In this document: piece after piece, positions 9,336 through 18,569 of the stretch | Position numbering within the stretch: position 1 is the first letter of the stretch | Layout of the letters: every line of letters begins with the position of its first letter | Assembly (NCBI GenBank): GCA_049700215.1 | Contig: JBNAVT010000003.1 | Coordinates: 31,047 to 95,046, forward strand | DNA length: 64,000 nt | Direction: 5' to 3' | DNA from: Thermoproteota archaeon | GTDB taxonomy: Archaea; Thermoproteota; EX4484-205; JAAOZP01 | Notes under the pieces: generated by a model | Database searches by the model: none | The model's input: only the letters and a program-made list of their open reading frames with translations | Told to the model about the DNA's origin: nothing | Position numbers and translations under genes: made by a program

Positions 9336-9750
9336 GAACACGGCTTACGAGAAGATTGGGGAGTTTCTACGCCAGGTTGAAAGGTTCAAGCTAAAACTCG
9401 TCGTGCTCTTCGGCTCTTATGCGAGAGGAGATTTCACCGAGGAGAGCGATATAGATGTCTGCGTGGTTGCAGAAGATCTTCCCGAGAACGTTTTCGAGAG
9501 GAGGAGCCTATCCGGGCTTTACAAGGTAAGCGGCCTCAGGGCTGTTGGCTATTTTCCGGGAGAGTTCTTAAAAGAGTTGGAGAAGCCTAATTTCTTCCTG
9601 CACGATGTGCTTGAAGACGGTTTAATCGTTCACCACGATGGATCCTTTCTCAAAAGCGTGATGGAGAAAAGGGATATGGTTAAGAAGAAACTCGGTCTAG
9701 TGAAGGAGCATGATGGTTGGAGGACGTTAAAAAGGAGAAATAGCGGGTGA
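9295..9750 (+). CDS. Minimal nucleotidyltransferase (MNT), partner of HEPN
   Basis: LFGSYARGDFTEESDIDV (GSx10DxD); true start probably TTG at 9313 or 9316. Confidence 0.9.
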   Translation: MRRRGRLLPKEKLKNTAYEKIGEFLRQVERFKLKLVVLFGSYARGDFTEESDIDVCVVAEDLPENVFERRSLSGLYKVSGLRAVGYFPGEFLKELEKPNFFLHDVLEDGLIVHHDGSFLKSVMEKRDMVKKKLGLVKEHDGWRTLKRRNSG

Positions 9751-9791
9751 AAACCAGGTTGTTAGCACGCTGCAGGGCCTCGACAATGTCT

Positions 9792-12344
9792 TTAATCCCA
9801 GTGCAGTTTTTTCTTAAGGGTTTTTAAGGCTGCTTCAAAACTCCCTTTAAAACCGTAAAGATAGTAGGTGAAGTAGGTTGTCGTGCCCGTGTTAACCCTT
9901 ATCCAGGGCTGAACCTCAACATAGGAGTAGTGTGAATCAGGGTTATCCGGAGTGTTCATCCAGACGTGGGTGAGAAACGGGGTTTTAGAGTCGTAAGCCA
10001 TTATGAGCCCAAGCTCCTCCTGCTCGTCGTAGCACGCGACCCAGTCTTCAGTGAGGAAGAGCCTTTTACCGTAGAGCCTACCCTTATACCTCTCCTTGAG
10101 AATGCCGTTGCTTGAAGGATAGTAGATCACGTGGCTGGCGTCAACACTGTTTCCAAGCCTGATCAAAGGGTTGACTCCGATCACGTTGAGCTCGGGATTG
10201 ACAAAATCTGCCTCATACCTGACTTCTAGAAGCGGAGTTCCTCCGTAGAGCGTGAAGGTCTTCTTTAAAACGTTCCCATTCATATTGCCCTCTGCAGTAA
10301 CTACGGCGCTCTCCCCCTCTTTCCTCAATATTCTGATCTTGAATTTTTCATGGCCCTCGACGGTCGGCTGCTGTATGAACTCCTCTAAACCTCCAAAGGG
10401 ATAGAACCTCCTCTTCCTGCCTGAAACCCTCCAGTCCTCAGGCTTCTTAGGGTATAGTTTGAAGAACAGGTCTGCCTCCGGCTTTTTAAGCCTATACTCG
10501 AGCAACCTTCCTCCTGGGGAAATCACTTTAGCCACTATGTACCTGTTTTCAAGCACGGCTTCCTCGAGACCATCCCCGTCATAGTCCCCGGTGTAAGCCA
10601 CGGCCTCTCCTTCAAAGCCACGCGTCTTAATCCTGCAGGTTGCGTTTCCGGAGGAGAACGATATGTTTAACAAGTATTCCCCGTTTTCAAGAGTCAGGGG
10701 GATTACGGTTTTGTACGGCTTGTGAATGGGAGCCCGGATTCTCCGCGCTTCCTCAAGAATCGTCCTCTCTCTTGACGAGACACTGATCTTTAAGTCGCCG
10801 GTCTCAACACCGGTACAATTCCAAATGGTAACCGGTATCTCTAACCGGCCTTTCGAAACCAGCAGGGGGAAAGTGGAAATCATGGGCGGTACCTCAACAT
10901 AGCACAGGTTTCTCCAACAATTATCTTTCGTAAGAAACTCGACCAGCAGCAGCCCATATGACCCGCTTAGCTCTTCAGATATCGATACCTCGAGAGTAAT
11001 CTCGCTCTTCCCTCTCCCTTCAAAATGCGCCGCCATTTTACCAGGCGGATTTACTCTAATCCCGGGGCTCGCCTTAATCTGGAGAACCCCGTCTAAAGGC
11101 TCGTTAAGCCTGTTCTCCATGGCGACTCTAAGGAGCCTGCCTTCCAGCTTTGAAGATAGTGAGAAGAATGTCCCGAAAGTCCTACGGAGATACTGCTTGT
11201 CTGCGAGAAGTATTCTCAACAGGTTTACGAGCATTGAAGGACCCACCGTCTTACCGTCTTCAAACACTCCCACGGCTTTCCGCGAAAGAATCGTTTTCAT
11301 AATTCTTTCCTCGGATGATAGTTCATGATCCTCCTTGTCGACGAACAGCCAGATTGAAGGAGGTGCCTCCCCCCATTCCAAATGGTATGGAAGAATTAAG
11401 AAGGGTGTTTCCAGCTCCTCCAGACACTCGGTGTTGCCCTCGTGAAAAACATAGCCGTCCAAATGGTTCTTCAACACGTCGACATCCGAATCCAGAAGAT
11501 TGTTGAACACTCCGAAAAGCATTTCTCCGGGCTTCTTCATTCTACACGCGTCAGCCGCACCGGAGGACTGGGGATCAGGATACTCGTCCCAATTAACCAT
11601 GAGACACTTGCCGTCGCCGGTGAACTGGCCTGAGAAAACAGTGAAATCAAGGCCGAGCTCCTTTATCTTTGGCACCAACTCCCTAACCGTTAAATCCTCG
11701 CCGGGGCCTACGAGGAAAACCCATTTACAGCCCAGCCTAAGGGCATCCGCCAATATTTTACCCGGGTGCCTGGGCAGGGGGGTCACCATATACCTGCCAC
11801 TTGCACAGAATGGCCACCCCTTCCAGACTTCATGTGTGTTCAAAATCTTCTTCCCCTGGCTAAGTAGCTCCAGCAGTCTTCTAGACTCCTCAAGACCCCT
11901 CGCGGCGATAATCACCGCGGTCTTTCGACTACCGTGCTGCTGGAGATAGAGGAGGAAAACATCCTTGCCCCAGTGCTCCTCTGGGACTCCCTGTTTAAGC
12001 ATTGCCAAGAGTTGCGTGTTGAAGTCGAGGAGAACGATCAGGTTGGATTCGGCTAAGCTCTTCTGAAACTCCTCGGGAGGAGGGTTTGAGACAACTTTGA
12101 AACCCTCTAGTTTCATAAACATTTCGAAAAAACCTTTTTCCATCCAGAATCTTCCGAAGCCCTTTAAAAAATTGTTCTTTCTCTCAATGTTTTTCACCTT
12201 AGCATCAAGGTCTTCGAGACAAAAATCTATCCCAAGGTACGAGGCTGAGACCCATGTTTTCCCCATCCATTCGCGCGAGAATCCTTCAAACCCGTCCTCG
12301 AAAAGCGTAAAATCATACGGACGGTTTTCGGAGGCTTCGTCCAT
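9792..12344 (-). CDS. Large hypothetical protein with a C-terminal galactose-mutarotase-like beta-sandwich domain
   Basis: 850-aa ORF; DYDGDGLEEAVLEN...PGGRLLEY...GGLEE...LKKTFTL pattern. Confidence 0.7.
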   Translation of the reverse strand: MDEASENRPYDFTLFEDGFEGFSREWMGKTWVSASYLGIDFCLEDLDAKVKNIERKNNFLKGFGRFWMEKGFFEMFMKLEGFKVVSNPPPEEFQKSLAESNLIVLLDFNTQLLAMLKQGVPEEHWGKDVFLLYLQQHGSRKTAVIIAARGLEESRRLLELLSQGKKILNTHEVWKGWPFCASGRYMVTPLPRHPGKILADALRLGCKWVFLVGPGEDLTVRELVPKIKELGLDFTVFSGQFTGDGKCLMVNWDEYPDPQSSGAADACRMKKPGEMLFGVFNNLLDSDVDVLKNHLDGYVFHEGNTECLEELETPFLILPYHLEWGEAPPSIWLFVDKEDHELSSEERIMKTILSRKAVGVFEDGKTVGPSMLVNLLRILLADKQYLRRTFGTFFSLSSKLEGRLLRVAMENRLNEPLDGVLQIKASPGIRVNPPGKMAAHFEGRGKSEITLEVSISEELSGSYGLLLVEFLTKDNCWRNLCYVEVPPMISTFPLLVSKGRLEIPVTIWNCTGVETGDLKISVSSRERTILEEARRIRAPIHKPYKTVIPLTLENGEYLLNISFSSGNATCRIKTRGFEGEAVAYTGDYDGDGLEEAVLENRYIVAKVISPGGRLLEYRLKKPEADLFFKLYPKKPEDWRVSGRKRRFYPFGGLEEFIQQPTVEGHEKFKIRILRKEGESAVVTAEGNMNGNVLKKTFTLYGGTPLLEVRYEADFVNPELNVIGVNPLIRLGNSVDASHVIYYPSSNGILKERYKGRLYGKRLFLTEDWVACYDEQEELGLIMAYDSKTPFLTHVWMNTPDNPDSHYSYVEVQPWIRVNTGTTTYFTYYLYGFKGSFEAALKTLKKKLHWD

Positions 12345-12437
12345 AATTTAAGAATACTGGCTGCTTAAATAAATATAAAGTTTAAGGATAACAGGATGGC
12401 GTTGCTTACGACGCGGATTAAGACTCTATCTCCAAGA

Positions 12438-12578
12438 TAGCGCGCGCCAGCAGGAGTACGACTATTGAGGCTCATCTGGCTGCGACAAGCAATGCTTAAA
12501 CCCTAGTCGTTAGCAACTCTGACACCCTCTTTAACCATCCATCGCGCACGCTCCGCCAAGCATCTTAGCGTGCACTAA
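12438..12578. repeat. Three motif copies (TAGCGCGCGCCA 12438-12449; TCGCGCACGCT 12542-12552; TTAGCGTGCACTAA 12565-12578)
   Basis: Read directly in the intergenic region downstream of vapC. Confidence 0.75.
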
Positions 12579-12591
12579 CACTGTTTTCGGT

Positions 12592-12987
12592 TTACGGTAT
12601 CGTTGTGATTCCAAGCCTCTTAGACGCATAGCGTTGTTTATCGTCGAGAGTGAGCAACGAACCCTTCTCGTGAAATGCTAGAGCTATGTAGAGCGCGTCA
12701 TAGACGGTTATCCCGTTTTCAAGAGCTATTTCAAACGCTTTATCCGTATATTCCTCTTCTCTCCTAAGCGCCATGTTTCTTTCAACATATTCCTTGAATA
12801 AGGCTAAAACACGTGAAGCTTCTTCAACGCCTATTCTCTTAAGGTTCACTGCCTTCCACACGGCATTATAGAACTCTTTAACCGTGTGATCAACAGATAC
12901 GGTTGCAGCCATGTATTTAGAGAGCTCGCTCCAACCTTCTTCACGCAGAAAGAAGGCTATGATGGCTGAGGAATCAGCTACTATCAC
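12592..12987 (-). CDS. vapC: PIN-domain toxin VapC
   Basis: MIVADSSAI, KEFYNAVWK, ITVYDALYIALA, LLTLDDKQ. Confidence 0.92.
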   Translation of the reverse strand: MIVADSSAIIAFFLREEGWSELSKYMAATVSVDHTVKEFYNAVWKAVNLKRIGVEEASRVLALFKEYVERNMALRREEEYTDKAFEIALENGITVYDALYIALAFHEKGSLLTLDDKQRYASKRLGITTIP

Positions 12988-13204
12988 GGTCCTCCCTCAC
13001 GCTCATTGTTGAGAAACCCTTTGGCACGCTCCATGAGGCTCCTTCCAAAGCCTCAAGAACCTTCTTGAAGTTGTCCTCGGCTTCAAGCTGCCTAATCCTA
13101 TTCTCGATGAACCTTCTGAACTCCTGTGCCCAGTTCACCCTATCCTTATACTTCATCATCTTATCCTTAATCTCCTTCTCAACCTTAACGCTTACAACGC
13201 TCAT
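12974..13204 (-). CDS. vapB: VapB-type (RHH/CopG-like) antitoxin
   Basis: MSVVSVKVEKEIK...VNWAQEFRRFIE...SVREDRDS; overlaps the vapC start; start refined to ATG at 13204. Confidence 0.85.
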   Translation of the reverse strand: MSVVSVKVEKEIKDKMMKYKDRVNWAQEFRRFIENRIRQLEAEDNFKKVLEALEGASWSVPKGFSTMSVREDRDSS

Positions 13205-13214
13205 ACGATTATTA

Positions 13215-13255
13215 GTATACCATTGGTAGACCATTTTATAAACCTTATGGTCTAC
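13215..13255 (-). promoter_or_regulatory. vapBC promoter with operator repeats
   Basis: Perfect inverted repeat GTAGACCAT (13226-13234) / ATGGTCTAC (13247-13255) around TTTATAAA; third half-site GTATACCAT (13215-13223). Confidence 0.7.
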
Positions 13256-13313
13256 TTATATAGCCCCAAGCGCAGGGCTCACGCTAGGGACGGTTTAGAG
13301 ATTGAAGAAGTAA

Positions 13314-13327
13314 TTAGCGTGCGCTTA
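13314..13327. repeat. Motif copy TTAGCGTGCGCTTA
   Basis: Read directly. Confidence 0.75.
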
Positions 13328-13403
13328 GAAAAAGAGCTATATGCCTATGCTAAACCCCCTATAGTCCTTCTGGTCGCGTAAACCATCTCCACATCCCTAA
13401 CCC

Positions 13404-13417
13404 TTAGCGCGCGCTAA
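13404..13417. repeat. Perfect 14-bp palindrome TTAGCGCGCGCTAA
   Basis: Read directly; ends the secreted-protein pseudogene frame. Confidence 0.9.
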
Positions 13418-13998
13418 CAAGGTTTCCACGTGTAACATCCTCTTCCACATGGCTACCACCATTCTTAACCAGCTTGCAGCTGTAGCCTACGAACTCACCT
13501 GGATTGGTGAAAATCGCGACGGCCTCGTCTTCGTTAAATTCTATGGATGAAAGCCTGAGTTCAGGAGGGGTTGGGGCAGTTTCCCCCATGACCCTGATCA
13601 TGAAGCCTCCAGGTCCTTTACTTGTGGCGTTTAGATAAGTCAGGATGGTGTGCTCATCAACGTTTACTATGAAGCTGCTATTTGAGAAAGGGGATCATTG
13701 TCGACGCTTATCCATAGTTGGGCACCGTCTAGGGTAAACATGGGGACTATGACGACATAGAAAATGCCTGTTACAACGACGTTTGGAAGCTGAATAATGT
13801 ACCAGTCTAGAGCGGAGCTCTTGAAGACACTGCTGTGGAGGAATGCTGAGCGCGCGCGCAGTATTTTAGTGTTTAACCCGCTGTCCCAGATTTGGACGTA
13901 GAAGATGGAGCAGGGTCCCTGAGCAAACATGTTGCGTGAAGCTCGCGCGCTAATGACAGTAAGGCTAGGGCTAGAATAAGACCCATGAGTCTAACCAT
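13404..13998 (-). pseudogene. Decayed secreted/surface protein gene in several pieces
   Basis: TATA then ATG at 13998 gives signal-peptide-like MVRLMGLILALALLSL, then FYVQIWDSGLNTK...LWISVDNDP, then a frameshift to FSNSSFIVNVDEHTIL...GFMIRVMGE; motif copies at 13940-13953, 13846-13861 and 13404-13417. Confidence 0.7.
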
Positions 13999-14329
13999 AG
14001 CTAGGTTAAGGGTTGAGGTTTTTAAATAAGTTTTTCAAATATTCTCATCCAACTATATATTAACGCACAGCAGTTCTTCGATTTCCTCAAGCCTAGTGGC
14101 GTGCCAAATCGAACGTGTAAATGATTATAATTGATCCGCCTCCATCAGCGCAGGCTACAGCGACAATGGAAGATGAACCTCATCCCCGTACCAGAGAATG
14201 GTATGAGCCTCTTTCCGTCGAAGCTCAACGTCCCCGTTATAGTGCTGTCCAGCATGCGTAGAGACACCAGCGTGGAGAACCCTCTACCTACGATTTTTAA
14301 CTCTGAACCTCTTACAGCAGGTTATCCCC

Positions 14330-14341
14330 TGCGCGCGCTAA
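14330..14341. repeat. Motif copy TGCGCGCGCTAA
   Basis: Read directly; a startless minus-strand frame (about 14148-14320) begins next to it. Confidence 0.75.
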
Positions 14342-14378
14342 TGGTTGAAACGGGTTTATAGAGAAGATTTAGCGTATG

Positions 14379-14840
14379 TTAAAGCTCTAGAAGGACTCGT
14401 CTTTTCTGCATGTTCATTGTCAGCAGCCTCATTTTATTGTTTAAAACCTCTCTGCCCACAAGTACTTCACCCGTCAAGAGTTCGGGCTCTGTGGGGATGT
14501 AAACCCTGACCCTGCCGAGACCCATCTGCTCCCCGCCATAGTAAAGAGAAGCCTCCGCCACGTATATCTCAAACTCCGAGGCACCGTATAGAGGATTCTC
14601 AAAGATGGCCTTAGCAGTTGGCTCAACTCCTTCGAACATTCTCACTATCTCCATGTTCGGATAGATCCCGCCGTCAAAGCCAGTGTCGATTATAGCCGCC
14701 CCGTGTGCCCGATATCTACCAGCCCTGATTACGAGATGGATGACTGGTATATCGGGTATTTTTTCCCCGCGATCAGTATACCCGTCCTCGGCATAGTGGT
14801 AGCCAATCCTCATTATTCTTCGATCTCCTCGACAACCCAT
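14379..14840 (-). CDS. Retropepsin-like (clan AA) aspartyl protease
   Basis: AIIDTGFDG catalytic motif and VLVGREVL C-terminal motif; true start may be about 14813. Confidence 0.75.
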   Translation of the reverse strand: MGCRGDRRIMRIGYHYAEDGYTDRGEKIPDIPVIHLVIRAGRYRAHGAAIIDTGFDGGIYPNMEIVRMFEGVEPTAKAIFENPLYGASEFEIYVAEASLYYGGEQMGLGRVRVYIPTEPELLTGEVLVGREVLNNKMRLLTMNMQKRRVLLEL

Positions 14841-15079
14841 TTCTCCTTAATCGACCTGCCACGTAGCCGCGGGGACCTGAGCCTGAGGTAGCCGGTAGAA
14901 CTCAGCTTCCATAAGATAGTAGGATACCTATGGTCTTTGGCTTCAACCTCCATTCCCAGCTTTTCCTCCAATATTCTAGCTATGGCCTCGCTTCTAGCCA
15001 TATTCAACTGCTTACAAAGAGCGTCTACCTTCTTCAGAATGGCTTCCGGAATGCTTACGCTTATCTTAACATTAGTCAT
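14813..15079 (-). CDS. Ribbon-helix-helix (CopG-type) protein
   Basis: KISVSIPEAILKKVDALC...MARSEAIARILEE. Confidence 0.85.
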   Translation of the reverse strand: MTNVKISVSIPEAILKKVDALCKQLNMARSEAIARILEEKLGMEVEAKDHRYPTILWKLSSTGYLRLRSPRLRGRSIKEKWVVEEIEE

Positions 15080-15115
15080 ACCAAGTAATACTTTTTACTA
15101 CCTATTTAAGCTTTC
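15075..15115 (-). promoter_or_regulatory. Putative RHH operator and TATA box
   Basis: GTCATAC (15075), GTAATAC (15085), TTACTAC (15095) at exact 10-bp spacing, next to minus-strand AAAGCTTAAATA. Confidence 0.55.
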
Positions 15116-15297
15116 GGCTTTTTGGATCCCGAGTCATTAAACTGCCTAGCGAGCTAGCTTCTAACAGAAGCCTCTCGTTGAAAAAAGTTAATTTCTGCCT
15201 TAAGAATTAAGCCGACTTCTTGCCCTGTCGACTAGGATTCCGCTTTTTCCGCTTTCAGGATGAGCGTAAACTAGTTTCCAGAGAGCACGCTACATGC

Positions 15298-16257
15298 TTA
15301 CTTGGAAGAGTTGGTTAGAACATCGTCGACGCTTAGCAAGTCCAGGTCGTCGACGCTAACTCCTTCGGCAAGCACCCTGTATGCTCCGACACACCTTTTA
15401 GCAACCTCCTTAACAACCGGAGAAGGCAGCTCAGGCGGCTCCCCCTCCCCAGCAAAGCCCATCCTCCTCAAGCATTCCCTGAGAAACTCTTTGTCTAGGC
15501 AGTGCGACTCCTGCGGCTCCCCAACCCTGTAGTACTTGACCGGCCAGAGCCTAGCGGAGTCGTGCGTAGGCGGCTCGTCTATCTGGATCAACTCATCCCT
15601 GTGGAAGCCGAACTCTATTTTGAAGTCAGGTATTATGATCCCTGCTTTCCTGGCCTCAGCCTCGTAAAACTCGTACAGCTTTAGAGCAGCCTCCTCCAGC
15701 GTGCGCCAAGTATCAGCGTCGAGAAGCCTCATCTCCAGGGCTTCAGCCCTAGTGATCTCCCTGTCATGACCCACATCGGCCTTCGTAGTGGGTGTTAACA
15801 CTGGCTCCGGAAGCTCCTCAGCCATCTTCAACCCATCGGGGAACCTTAACCCGTATATTTCCCTCCTGCCCTCGCTGTAAGCCCTCCACAATGATCCGTA
15901 AAGATATTTCCTAACAACCCATTCAACATTAATCCTCCGGGCCTTCCTCACAAGTATGCTCCTCTCATCCACAGCGTCTATAAGATGGTTTGGAAACACA
16001 CTACTGCTTCTCCTCATCCAGAATACGGTTAGCTTCTGCAAGTATTCTCCCTTCCTAGGTATGGGTGTTGGAAGCACGACGTCGAAAGCGGAAACCCTGT
16101 CGGTATGATATATTAAGAGCTCCTCGCCCAGGTCGTAAATGTCCCTGACCTTCCCCCTCAACAGCCTCCCGATGCCTAGGTTAGAGTATTTGACAACAGG
16201 TATTTCCCCGCCGGTTAAAGGATCCTCAGCCAGCCTCATCAAAGCCTTTCTCCCCAC
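15298..16257 (-). CDS. purC: SAICAR synthase
   Basis: RGKVRDIY, TDRVSAFD, TPTTKA, DFKIEFG, DSARLW, DKEFLR. Confidence 0.95.
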   Translation of the reverse strand: MGRKALMRLAEDPLTGGEIPVVKYSNLGIGRLLRGKVRDIYDLGEELLIYHTDRVSAFDVVLPTPIPRKGEYLQKLTVFWMRRSSSVFPNHLIDAVDERSILVRKARRINVEWVVRKYLYGSLWRAYSEGRREIYGLRFPDGLKMAEELPEPVLTPTTKADVGHDREITRAEALEMRLLDADTWRTLEEAALKLYEFYEAEARKAGIIIPDFKIEFGFHRDELIQIDEPPTHDSARLWPVKYYRVGEPQESHCLDKEFLRECLRRMGFAGEGEPPELPSPVVKEVAKRCVGAYRVLAEGVSVDDLDLLSVDDVLTNSSK

Positions 16258-16309
16258 GGGTGTTTAAAAAACGTTTCCAACCCTAGGGCTTAAAGCTTAT
16301 CTCTACCAG

Positions 16310-16675
16310 TTGCGAGAATACCTTATGGAGCACCCTGTTCCTCCACCACCACCTGGACAAATATACCTCTCTACGACTCCTGAAATACCTGGGATGAGAA
16401 TCGTGAGAAGCCTTGGCATAGTCTTCGGGCAAACAGTTAGGACGAGAGGCGCGCTTGGAAGATTCGTAGCTGGGATAGAGGCGATAGTCGGGGGGAAGTC
16501 GGAAGCATACCTCTCGGAAATCGAGAAGGCGAGGAACGAAGCCCTTGAGAACCTTATGAGGAGAGCAGCCTCGATTGGTGCGAACGGGGTTGTCGGCATA
16601 GATTTCGAAACCTCTGAAATCCTAGAGGGCTTCATAGTAATCACTGCCGTGGGAACAGCGGTGAGGGTGGAGTAG
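16310..16675 (+). CDS. YbjQ/UPF0145 family putative heavy-metal-binding protein
   Basis: LGIVFG, IVGG, ARNEAL, GANGVVGI, GTAV. Confidence 0.9.
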   Translation: MREYLMEHPVPPPPPGQIYLSTTPEIPGMRIVRSLGIVFGQTVRTRGALGRFVAGIEAIVGGKSEAYLSEIEKARNEALENLMRRAASIGANGVVGIDFETSEILEGFIVITAVGTAVRVE

Positions 16676-16764
16676 GAAACTCTTCGGCAACACAGCTTTT
16701 TATCCGTAATTATTGATATTGACCCAGGAAAACGATTAAATACTTCCTCTAAACATGCTTAACC

Positions 16765-16998
16765 ATGGTTGTCAAGGCATACGTGTTCCTGGTGACGAAG
16801 CCTGGAACATCCATAGAAGTTTCAAATGAAATGAAGAAGATTAAGGGTGTTCATTCAGCCGATCCCATTTACGGCAGGTTTGATGTTGTGGCGACGGTTG
16901 AAGCCGAGAGCCCTGAGGAATTGACTAGCCTGCTCTACGAGGTTATTGAGAGGATTCCGAATATTGTTAGAACAGAGACCTCCATAGTGTTGCAGTGA
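16765..16998 (+). CDS. Stand-alone Lrp/AsnC ligand-binding (RAM) domain protein
   Basis: KAYVFLVTKPG...YGRFDVV...RTETSIV; no HTH domain. Confidence 0.85.
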   Translation: MVVKAYVFLVTKPGTSIEVSNEMKKIKGVHSADPIYGRFDVVATVEAESPEELTSLLYEVIERIPNIVRTETSIVLQ

Positions 16999-17004
16999 CT
17001 CAAG

Positions 17005-17238
17005 ATGATCAGGGCCTTCATCCTTGTTAGAACCAAGCCGGGCACTTCTGAAGAGGTTGTGAGGACAAGGAGGGTTAGGGGTGTTAAACTGGCTAATTCC
17101 GTCCTGGGAAGATATGATGCAGTATTGGTGATAGAATCCAAAAACCTGGAGGAGCTCAGGAAAACGATTTACGAGGTTTTGGAGAAGCTTGAACACGTTG
17201 AGCATACTGAAACACTAATATCTTTCTCTCCAGAGTAG
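17005..17238 (+). CDS. Stand-alone Lrp/AsnC ligand-binding (RAM) domain protein, paralog 2
   Basis: RAFILVRTKPG...LGRYDAV...HTETLIS. Confidence 0.85.
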   Translation: MIRAFILVRTKPGTSEEVVRTRRVRGVKLANSVLGRYDAVLVIESKNLEELRKTIYEVLEKLEHVEHTETLISFSPE

Positions 17239-17312
17239 TGAAGAAAGATAGTGTTAAACCCATCCCTCACGTTCTTCATAAAACCCGTCAGCAATTACTT
17301 TATTCCAATGTT

Positions 17313-18473
17313 CTAGACACGATACTCGAGTCTACCGTTCCTTGAGACAATGACTAGAGAGTTTCCCTCGGAAGATTTCTCACACCTGCCGACTACCTGA
17401 GCATCGACGCGGAACTTTTCAGACACGTCTATAACATTATCCTCATCCCCTTTCTCGACGATTATCTCCAGTCCCACTCCCATGTTGAAGATGCGATACA
17501 TGTTTCTCGAGGCCTCCCGGCTCTCAGCCTGAATTAGTCTGAATATTGGGTCCGGTTCAGGAAGATTATCCTTCACATACTTTATGTTGCTCCCTATTTT
17601 CAAGCATTTCGATAATCCTCCGCCAGTATTGTGAATTATGGCTTTAACCTTAACCCTTTTCAGGACTTCAAGTATTATAGGCAGATAGATTCTAGTCGGC
17701 GACAACAAGGCTTCCCCAATAGTCATGTTAAGCTCGTCGACGAAGGAATCCATTTTGAAGCGGCCATAATATCCTTTAACTTCTCCCGAACATGTCTCAG
17801 GGTATTTCTTCAAGTATTCTCCAGCCAGGAGGCAGTGTCTAGCAAGAGTTATCCCGTTACACATTATTCCACTGTTCTCCTTCTCCTCATATGCCGACCT
17901 TCCTCCGCTCCTCAACCCGACTATAATATCCCCCGGCAAGACGTTTCCACCAGTCACCGCCTTAGAGAGCTCTACTCTAGCCATTACTGTCCCTGAAACG
18001 TCGAATGTTCTGACAATATCTGGCAGGTCAGCCGTCTCGCCTCCGCTGAAAAGAACACTGGCCCCGTTATCCCTAAGCGTTGAAAAGACTCTGGAGAAGC
18101 CTTTAGCCAGGCTTTTAAGGAGCTCCTGCTTAGGGACTTTGAAAGGGTTTACCGCGACATAGTCTGAGAAAGCCACTGGAAACCCTCCTACGCACGCCGC
18201 GTCATCAACATTCATGGCGACAACGTCGTCAGCCAATGTTTCGAAAAACTTCTCCTCACCAGTCTCCTTATAGTAGAGGTAGGAGACAACCGGCTTGGTT
18301 CCAGCACCATCAGTATGAAGAACTATCCCCCAGCCCGGGTTTAAAGGATCCTTAACAATCGGGGAGAAGGCTCCGGGGAAAACGTCGTCCGTAATCTTTT
18401 TCAAAAACTCCACTCCTTTCTTACTTACGTCTACGCCAAGCTCCTCATACCTTGAAGACATTCCTGCAACCAC
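17313..18473 (-). CDS. purM: AIR synthase (phosphoribosylformylglycinamidine cyclo-ligase)
   Basis: YEELGVD, HTDGAGTK, AMNVDD, GGETADLP, NGITLARH, PTRIY, HNTGGG, FNMGVG. Confidence 0.9.
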   Translation of the reverse strand: MVAGMSSRYEELGVDVSKKGVEFLKKITDDVFPGAFSPIVKDPLNPGWGIVLHTDGAGTKPVVSYLYYKETGEEKFFETLADDVVAMNVDDAACVGGFPVAFSDYVAVNPFKVPKQELLKSLAKGFSRVFSTLRDNGASVLFSGGETADLPDIVRTFDVSGTVMARVELSKAVTGGNVLPGDIIVGLRSGGRSAYEEKENSGIMCNGITLARHCLLAGEYLKKYPETCSGEVKGYYGRFKMDSFVDELNMTIGEALLSPTRIYLPIILEVLKRVKVKAIIHNTGGGLSKCLKIGSNIKYVKDNLPEPDPIFRLIQAESREASRNMYRIFNMGVGLEIIVEKGDEDNVIDVSEKFRVDAQVVGRCEKSSEGNSLVIVSRNGRLEYRV

Positions 18474-18569
18474 TCCAGCGTAGAACTCTTAAATCTTTAA
18501 ACTCTCCTCTAGTTAGCGCGCTGCTCATATTTTGGAATTTTGCCTACTCGTATGCGTTCCCGAGACTTG

